A stretch of DNA of 64,000 bases. Source: the human T2T-CHM13v2.0 reference genome, Homo sapiens. Of this stretch, positions 55,001-64,000 are shown in pieces. How positions within the stretch are numbered: position 1 is the stretch's first letter; each line of letters starts with the position of its first letter. The position numbers and the translations under genes were made by a program. The DNA lies in assembly GCF_009914755.1 (NCBI RefSeq), contig NC_060935.1. One strand, written 5' to 3'. The notes beneath the pieces are model-generated. The model saw only the letters and a list, made by a program, of their open reading frames with translations, was not told the origin of the DNA and searched no databases.

Positions 55001-58000
55001 GAAACTCTCTTTCTTGGGATTCTGCAAGTTGATATGTGGACCTCTGTGAAGATTTCGTTGGAAACGGGTTCATCTTCACAGAAAAACTAAACAGAAGCAT
55101 TCTCAAAAACTACTTTGTGATGTTTGTGTTCCACTTCAAGAATTGAACTTTCCTCTTGACAGAGCAGCTCTGAAAACCTCTTTTTCTAGAATCTGCAAGT
55201 GGACATTTGGAGGGCTTTGAGGCCTGTGGTGGAAAAGGAAAATCTTCACATAAAAACTAGATGGAAGCATTCTCAGAAACTACTTTGTGATGATTGCATT
55301 CGACTCACAGAGTTGAACATTCCTATAGATAGAGCAGGTTGTAAACAATCTTTTTGTAGAAAATGCGATTGGAGATTTGGACTGCTTTGAGGCCTACTGT
55401 AGTAAAGGAAATAACTTCATCTAAAAACCAAACGGAAGCATTCACAGACAATTCTTAGTGATCATTGGATTGAACTAACAGAGCTGAACATTCCTTTAGA
55501 TGGAGCAGTTTCCAAACCCACTTTCTGTAGAATCTGCAAGTGGATATTTGGACTTCTCTGAGGATTTCGTTGGAAACGGGATAAACTTCCCAGAACTACA
55601 CGGAAGCATTGTGAGAAACTTCTTTGTGATGTTTGCATTCATCTCACAGAGTTGAACCTTGCTTTCATAGTTCAGCTTTCAAACACTCTTTTTGTAGAAT
55701 CTGCAAGTGGATATTTGGACCACTTTGTGGCCTTCCTTCGAAACGGGTATATCTTCACATCAAACCTAGACAGAAGCATTCTCAGAATGTTTCCTGTGAT
55801 GACTGCATTCAACTCACAGAGGTGAACAATCCTGCTGATGGAGCAGTTTTGAAACTCTCTTTCTTTGGATTCTACAAGTGGATATGTGGACCTCTGTGAA
55901 GATTTCGTTGGAAACGGGTTCATCTTCACAGAAAAACTAAACAGAAGCATTCTCAGAAACTGCTTTGTGATGTTTGTGTTCCACTTCAGGAATTGAACTT
56001 TCCTCTTGACAGAGCAGCTCTGAAACCCTCTTATTCTAGAATCTGCAAGTGGACATTTGGAGGGCTTTGAGGCCTGTGGTGGAAAAGGAAAATCTTCACA
56101 TAAAAACTAGATGGAAGCATTCTCAGAAACTACTTTGTGATGATGGCTTTCGACTCACAGAGTTGAACATTCCTATAGATAGAGCAGGTTGTAAACAATC
56201 TTTTTGTAGAATCTGCGATTGGAGATTTGGACTGCTTTGAGGCCTACTGTAGTAAAGGAAATAACTTCATCTAAAAACCAAACGGAAGCATTCACAGACA
56301 ATACTTAGTGATCATTGGATTGAACTAACAGAGCTGAACATTCCTTTAGATGGAGCAGTTTCCAAACACACTTTCTGTAGAATCTGCAAGTGGATATTTG
56401 GACTTCTCTGAGGATTTCGTTGGAAACGGGATAAAATTCCCAGAACTACACGGAAGCATTCTGAGAAACTTCTTTGTAATGTTTGCATTCAACTCACAGA
56501 GTTGAACCTTGCTTTCATAGTTCAGCTTTCAAACACTCTTTTTGTACAATCTGCAAGTGGATATTTGGACCACTTTGTGGCCTTCCTTCGAAACGGGTAT
56601 ATCTTCATATCAAACCTAGACAGAAGCATTCTCAGAATGTTTCCTGTGATGACTGCATTCAACTCACAGAGGTGAACAATCCTGCTGATGGAGCAGTTTT
56701 GAAACTCTCTTTCTTTGGATTCTGCAAGTGGATATGTGGACCTCTGTGAAGATTTCGTTGGAAACGGGTTCATCTTCACAGAAAAACTAAACAGGAGCAT
56801 TCTCAGAAAGTGCTTTGTGATGTTTGTGTTCCACTTCAGGAATTGAACTTTCCTCTTGACAGAGCAGCTCTGAAACCCTCTTTTTCTAGAATCTGCAAGT
56901 GGACATTTGGAGGGCTTTGAGGCCTGTGGTGGAAAAGGAAAATCTTCACATAAAAACTAGATGGAAGCATTCTCAGAAACTACTTTGTGATGATTGCATT
57001 CGACTCACAGAGTTGAACATTCCTATAGATAGAGCAGGTTGTAAACAATCTTTTTGTAGAATCTGCGATTGGAGATTTGGACTGCTTTGAGGCCTACTGT
57101 AGTAGAGGAAATAACTTCATCTAAAAACCAAACGGAAGCATTCACAGACAATTCTTAGTGATCATTGCATTGAACTAACAGAGCTGAACATTCCTTTAGA
57201 TGGAGCAGTTTCCAAACACACTTTCTGTAGAATCTGCAAGTGGATATTTGGACTTCTCTGAGGATTTCGTTAGAAACGGGATAAACTTCCCAGAACTACA
57301 CGGAAGCATTCTGAGAAACTTCTTTGTGATGTTTGCATTCAACTCACAGAGTTGAACCTTGCTTTCATAGTTCAGCTTTCAAACACTCTTTTTGTAGAAT
57401 CTGCAAGTGGATATTTGGACCACTTTGTGGCCTTCCTTCGAAACGGGTATATCTTCACATCAAACCTAGACAGAAGCATTCTCAGAATGTTTCCTGTGAT
57501 GACTGCATTCAACTCACAGAGGTGAACAATCCTGTTGATGGAGCAGTTTTGAAACTCTCTTTCTTTGGATTCTGCAAGTTGATATGTGGACCTCTGTGAA
57601 GATTTCGTTGGAAACGGGTTCATCTTCACAGAAAAACTAAACAGAATCATTCTCAGAAACTGCTTTGTGATGTTTGTGTTCCACTTCAAGAATTGAACTT
57701 TCCTCTTGACAGAGCAGCTCTGAAACCCTCTTTTTCTAGAATCTGCAAGTGGACATTTGGAGGGCTTTGAGGTCTGTGGTGGAAAAGGAAAATCTTCACA
57801 TAAAAACTAGATGGAAGCATTCTCAGAAACTACTTTGTGATGATTGCATTCGACTCACAGAGTTGAACATTCCTATAGATAGAGCAGGTTGTAAACAATC
57901 TTTTTGTAGAATCTGCGATTGGAGATTTGGACTGCTTTGAGGCCTACTGTAGTAAAGGAAATAACTTCATCTAAAAACCAAACGGAAGCATTCACAGACA

Positions 58001-61000
58001 ATTCTTAGTGATCATTGCATTGAACTAACAGAGCTGAACATTCCTTTAGATGGAGCAGTTTCCAAACACACTTTTTGTAGAATCTGCAAGTGGATATTTG
58101 GACTTCTCTGAGGATTTCGTTGGAAACGGGATAAATTTCCCAGAACTACACGGAAGCATTGTGAGAAACTTCTTTGTGATGTTTGCATTCAACTCACAGA
58201 GTTGAACCTTGCTTTCATAGTTCAGCTTTCAAACACTCTTTTTGTAGAATCTGCAAGTGCATATTTGGACCACTTTGTGGCCTTCCTTCGAAACGGGTAT
58301 ATCTTCACATCAAACCTAGACAGAAGCATTCTCAGAATGTTTCCTGTGAAGACTGCATTCAACTCACAGAGATGAACAATCCTGTTGATGGAGCACTTTG
58401 GAAACTCTCTTTCTTGGGATTCTGCAAGTTGATATGTGGACCTCTGTGAAGATTTCTTTGGAAACGTGTTCATCTTCACAGAAAAACTAAACAGAAGCAT
58501 TCTCAAAAACTACTTTGTGATGTTTGTGTTCCACTTCAAGAATTGAACTTTCCTCTTGACAGAGCAGCTCTGAAAACCTCTTTTTCTAGAATCTGCAAGT
58601 GGACATTTGGAGGGCTTTGAGGCCTGTGGTGGAAAAGGAAAATCTTCACATAAAAACTAGATGGAAGCATTCTCAGAAACTACTTTGTGATGATTGCATT
58701 CGACTCACAGAGTTGAACATTCCTATAGATAGAGCAGGTTGTAAACAATCTTTTTGTAGAATCTGCGATTGGAGATTCGGACTGCTTTGAGGCCTACTGT
58801 AGTAGAGGAAATAACTTCATCTAAAAACCAAACGGAAGCATTCACAGACAATTCTTAGTGATCATTGCATTGAACTAACAGAGCTGAACATTCCTTTAGA
58901 TGGCGCAGTTTCCAAACACACTTTCTGTAGAATCTGCAAGTGGATATTTGGACCTCTCTGAGGATTTCGTTAGAAACGGGATAAACTTCCCAGAACTACA
59001 CGGAAGCATGCTGAGAAACTTCTTTGTGATGTTTGCATTCAACTCACAGAGTTGAACCTTGCTTTCATAGTTCAGCTTTCAAACACTCTTTTTGTAGAAT
59101 CTGCAAGTGGATATTTGGACCACTTTGTGGCCTTCCTTCGAAACGGGTATATCTTCACATCAAACCTAGACAGAAGCATTCTCAGAATGTTTCCTGTGAT
59201 GACTGCATTCAACTCACAGAGGTGAACAATCCTGCTGATGGAGCAGTTTTGAAACTCTCTTTCTTTGGATTCTGCAAGTGGATATGTGGACCTCTGTGAA
59301 GATTTCGTTGGAAACGGGTTCATCTTCACAGAAAAACTAAACAGAAGCATTCTCAGAAACTGCTTTGTGATGTTTGTGTTCCACTTCAGGAATTGAACTT
59401 TCCTCTTGACAGAGCAGCTCTGAAACCCTCTTATTCTAGAATCTGCAAGTGGACATTTGGAGGGCTTTGAGGCCTGTGGTGGAAAAGGAAAATCTTCACA
59501 TAAAAACTAGATGGAAGCATTCTCAGAAACTACTTTGTGATGATTGCATTCGACTCACAGAGTTGAACATTCCTATAGATAGAGCAGGTTGTAAACAATC
59601 TTTTTGTAGAATCTGCGATTGGAGATTTGGACTGCTTTGAGTCCTACTGTAGTAAAGGAAATAACTTCATCTAAAAACCAAACGGAAGCATTCACAGACA
59701 ATTCTTAGTGATCATTGCATTGAACTAACAGAGCTGAACATTCCTTTAGATGGAGCAGTTTCCAAACACACTTTCTGTAGAACCTGCAAGTGGATATTTG
59801 GACCTCTCTGAGGATTTCGTTGGAAACGGGATAAACTTCCCAGAACTACACGGAAGCATTGTGAGAAACTTCTTTGTGATGTTTGCATTCAACTCACAGA
59901 GTTGAACCTTGCTTTCATAGTTCAGCTTTCAAACACTCTTTTTGTAGAATCTGCAAGTGGATATTTGGACCACTTTGTGGCCTTCCTTCGAAACGGGTAT
60001 ATCTTCACATCAAACCTAGACAGAAGCATTCTCAGAATGTTTCCTGTGATGACTGCATTCAACTCACAGAGGTGAACAATCCTGCTGATGGAGCAGTTTT
60101 GAAACTCTCTTTCTTTGGATTCTGCAAGTGGATATGTGGACCTCTGTGAAGATTTCGTTGGAAACGGGTTCATCTTCACAGAAAAACTAAACAGAAACAT
60201 TCTCACAAACTGCTTTGTGATGTTTGTGTTCCACTTCAGGAATTGAACTTTCCTCTTGACAGAGCAGCTCTGAAACCCTCTTATTCTAGAATCTGCAAGT
60301 GGACATTTGGAGGGCTTTGAGGCCTGTAGTGGAAAAGGAAAATCTTCAGATAAAAACTAGATGGAAGCATTCTCAGAAACTACTTTGTGATGATTGCATT
60401 CGACTCACAGAGTTGAACATTCCTATAGATAGAGCAGGTTGTAAACAATCTTTTTGTAGAATCTGCGATTGGAGATTTGGACTGCTTTGAGGCCTACTGT
60501 AGTAAAGGAAATAACTTCATCTAAAAACCAAACGGAAGCATTCACAGACAATTCTTAGTGATCATTGGATTGAACTAACAGAGCTGAACATTCCTTTAGA
60601 TGGCGCAGTTTCCAAACACACTTTCTGTAGAATCTGCAAGTGGATATTTGGACTTCTCTGAGGATTTCGTTGGAAACGGGATAAACTTCCCAGAACTACA
60701 CGGAAGGATTGTGAGAAACTTCTTTGTGATGTTTGCATTCAACTCACAGAGTTGAACCTTGCTTTCATAGTTCAGCTTTCAAACACTCTTTTTGTAGAAT
60801 CTGCAAGTGGATATTTGGACCACTTTTTGGGCTTCCTTCGAAACGGGTATATCTTCACATCAAACCTACACAGAAACATTCTCAGAATGTTTCCTGTGAT
60901 GACTGCATTCAACTCACAGAGGTGAACAATCCTGCTGATGGAGCAGTTTTGAAACTCTCTTTCTTTGGATTCTGCAAGTGGATATGTGGACCTCTGTGAA

Positions 61001-64000
61001 GATTTCGTTGGAAACGGGTTCATCTTCACAGAAAAACTAAACAGGAGCATTCTCAGAAACTGCTTTGTGATGTTTGTGTTCCACTTCAGGAATTGAACTT
61101 TCCTCTTGACAGAGCAGCTCTGAAACCCTCTTATTCTAGAATCTGCAAGTGGACATTTGGAGGGCTTTGAGGCCTGTGGTGGAAAAGGAAAATCTTCACA
61201 TAAAAACTAGATGGAAGCATTCTCAGAAACTACTTTGTGATGATTGCATTCGACTCACAGAGTTGAACATTCCTATAGATAGAGCAGGTTGTAAACAATC
61301 TTTTTCTAGAATCTGCTATTGGAGATTTGGACTCCTTTGAGGCCTACTGTAGTAAAGGAAATAACTTCATCTAAAAACCAAACGGAAGCATTCACAGACA
61401 ATTCTCAGGATCATTGGATTGAACTAACAGAGCTGAACATTCCTTTAGATGGAGCAGTTTCCAAACACACTTTCTGTAGAATCTGCAAGTGGATATTTGG
61501 ACTTCTCTGAGAATTTCGTTGGAAAAGGGATAAACTTCCCAGAACTACACGGAAGCATTGTGAGAAACTTCTTTGTGATGTTTGCATTCAACTCACAGAG
61601 TTGAACCTTGCTTTCATAGTTCAGCTTTCAAACACTCTTTTTGTAGAATCTGCAAGTGGATATTTGGACCACTTTGTGGCCTTCCTTCGAAACGGGTATA
61701 TCTTCACATCAAACCTAGACAGAAGCATTCTCAGAATGTTTCCTGTGATGACTGCATTCAACTCACAGAGGTGAACAATCCTGCTGATGGAGCAGTTTTG
61801 AAACTCTCTTTCTTTGGATTCTGCAAGTGGATATGTGGAGCTCTGTGAAGATTTCGTTGGAAACGGGTTCATCTTCACAGAAAAACTAAACAGGAGCATT
61901 CTCAGAAACTGCTTTGTGATGTTTGTGTTCCACTTCAAGAATTGAACTTTCCTCTTGACAGAGCAGCTCTGAAACCCTCTTTTTCTAGAATCTGCAAGTG
62001 GACATTTGGAAGGATTTGAGGCCTGTGGTGGAAAAGGAAAATCTTCACATAAAAACTAGATGGAAGCATTCTCAGAAACTACTTTGTGATGATTGCATTC
62101 GACTCACAGAGTTGAACATTCCTATAGATAGAGCAGGTTGTAAACAATCTTTTTGTAGAATCTGCGATTGGAGATTTGGACTGCTTTGAGGCCTACTGTA
62201 GTAAAGGAAATAACTTCATCTAAAAACCAAACGGAAGCATTTACAGACAATTCTTAGTGATCATTGGATTGAACTAACAGAGCTGAACATTCCTTTAGAT
62301 GGAGCAGTTTCCAAACCCACTTTCTGTAGAATCTGCAAGTGGATATTTGGACTTCTCTGAGGATTTCGTTGGAAACGGGATAAACTTCCCAGAACTACAG
62401 GGAAGCATTGTGAGAAACTTCTTTGTGATGTTTGCATTCAACTCACAGAGTTGAACCTTGCTTTCATAGTTCAGCTTTCAAACACTCTTTTTGTAGAATC
62501 TGCAAGTGGATATTTGGACCACTTTGTGGCCTTCCTTCGAAACGGGTATATCTTCACATCAAACCTAGACAGAAGCATTCTCAGAATGTTTCCTGTGAAG
62601 ACTGCATTCAACTCACAGAGATGAACAATCCTGTTGATGGAGCACTTTGGAAACTCTCTTTCTTGGGATTCTGCAAGTTGATATGTGGACCTCTGTGAAG
62701 ATTTCGTTGGAAACGGGTTCATCTTCACAGAAAAACTAAACAGAAGCATTCTCAAAAACTACTTTGTGATGTTTGTGTTCCACTTCAAGAATTGAACTTT
62801 CCTCTTGACAGAGCAGCTCTGAAAACCTCTTTTTCTAGAATCTGCAAGTGGACATTTGGAGGGCTTTGAGGCCTGTGGTGGAAAAGGAAAATCTTCACAT
62901 AAAAACTAGATGGAAGCATTCTCAGAAACTACTTTGGGATGATTGCATTCGACTCACAGAGTTGAACATTCCTATAGATAGAGCAGGTTGTAAACAATCT
63001 TTTTGTAGAAAATGCGATTGGAGATTTGGACTGCTTTGAGACCTACTGTAGTAAAGGAAATAACTTCATCTAAAAACCAAACGGAAGCATTCACAGACAA
63101 TTCTTAGTGATCATTGGATTGAACTAACAGAGCTGAACATTCCTTTAGATGGAGCAGTTTCCAAACCCACTTTCTGTAGAACCTGCAAGTGGATATTTGG
63201 ACCTCTCTGAGGATTTCGTTGGAAACGGGATAAACTTCCCAGAACTACACGGAAGCATTGTGAGAAACTTCTTTGTGATGTTTGCATTCAACTCACAGAG
63301 TTGAACCTTGCTTTCATAGTTCAGCTTTCAAACACTCTTTTTGTAGAATCTGCAAGTGGATATTTGGACCACTTTGTGGCCTTCCTTCGAAACGGGTATA
63401 TCTTCACATCAAACCTAGACAGAAGCATTCTCAGAATGTTTCCTGTGATGACTGCATTCAACTCACAGAGGTGAACAATCCTGCTGATGGAGCAGTTTTG
63501 AAACTCTCTTTCTTTGGATTCTGCAAGTGGATATGTGGACCTCTGTGAAGATTTCGTTGGAAACGGGTTCATCTTCACAGAAAAACTAAACAGAAACATT
63601 CTCACAAACTGCTTTGTGATGTTTGTGTTCCACTTCAGGAATTGAACTTTCCTCTTGACAGAGCAGCTCTGAAACCCTCTTATTCTAGAATCTGCAAGTG
63701 GACATTTGGAGGGCTTTGAGGCCTGTAGTGGAAAAGGAAAATCTTCACATAAAAACTAGATGGAAGCATTCTCAGAAACTACTTTGTGATGATTGCATTC
63801 GACTCACAGAGTTGAACATTCCTATAGATAGAGCAGGTTGTAAACAATCTTTTTGTAGAATCTGCGATTGGAGATTTGGACTGCTTTGAGGCCTACTGTA
63901 GTAAAGGAAATAACTTCATCTAAAAACCAAACGGAAGCATTCACAGACAATTCTTAGTGATCATTGGATTGAACTAACAGAGCTGAACATTCCTTTAGAT

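Larger units (their letters stand above)
1..64000 (+). repeat. D11Z1: Centromeric alpha-satellite HOR array: 850-bp 5-mer, about 75 copies, SF3 type, most likely human chromosome 11 D11Z1
   Basis: Monomers of about 171 bp start with CATTCTCAGAAACT-like motifs and carry CENP-B boxes. There is a strict 850-bp period (ORF starts 301, 1151, 2001, 2851; XbaI TCTAGA at 287, 1137, 2837), with only a few SNVs between HOR copies. An 850-bp XbaI pentamer is the known D11Z1 organisation. Alpha-satellite identity is essentially certain; the chromosome assignment is less so. Confidence 0.93.

Noticed and set aside
21739-58985. m4 box variants TTCGGTGG (~21745), TTCGTGGG (~52171) and TTCGTTAGAAACGGG (57271, 58971) as CENP-B losses
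   Set aside because: The changes fall at non-core positions and the 9 essential bases remain intact.
301-63889. Repeated 63-aa (+), 88-aa (+) and 92-105-aa (-) ORFs
   Set aside because: They are chance open frames of alpha satellite recurring every 850 bp. Many start at GTG/TTG, they overlap on opposite strands, SNVs freely create stops and frameshifts, and no protein family is recognisable.
1-64000. CRISPR-like or other repeat-spacer array
   Set aside because: There are no unique spacers. Sequence between conserved motifs is itself repeated every 850 bp, and no cas genes are present.
1-64000. Hidden transposon (L1/Alu) insertion, inversion or non-satellite island
   Set aside because: All monomers are in one orientation and the register is fully accounted for: 75x850 - 340 - 13 = 63397 between the first and last m2 ORF starts.
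1-64000. Other SF3 arrays (DXZ1 12-mer, D17Z1 16-mer, chr1 11-mer)
   Set aside because: The near-identical period is five monomers; adjacent pentamers differ by only a few SNVs, unlike the diverged pentamers within those longer HORs.
1-64000. Calling this the kinetochore site or centromere dip region
   Set aside because: That is defined epigenetically (CENP-A, CpG hypomethylation) and cannot be read from sequence.

Overview
The whole 64-kb window is one uninterrupted, single-orientation array of primate (most likely human) centromeric alpha-satellite DNA. It is built from an 850-bp higher-order repeat (HOR) of five monomers (171+170+171+168+170 bp). Each HOR typically has one XbaI site, three B-type monomers (two intact CENP-B boxes, one degenerate) and two A-type (pJalpha-like) monomers. 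This is the suprachromosomal-family-3 pentamer organisation and best fits the active chromosome 11 array D11Z1; that assignment comes from established knowledge, not from an alignment. The register closes exactly: 63698-301 = 75x850 - 2x170 (two 4-mer variants) - 13 (single-base deletions), so there is no room for hidden insertions. I see no genes, RNA genes, transposons, inversions or CRISPR arrays, and every ORF in the track is a satellite artefact. I did not find a new gene-encoded system. The interesting structure lies above the HOR: linked SNV haplotypes, a recurring 3-HOR (about 2.55 kb) motif, multi-HOR block duplications, mappable recombination junctions, regional variant domains, and lineage-specific CENP-B box loss that coincides with all 1-bp deletions.
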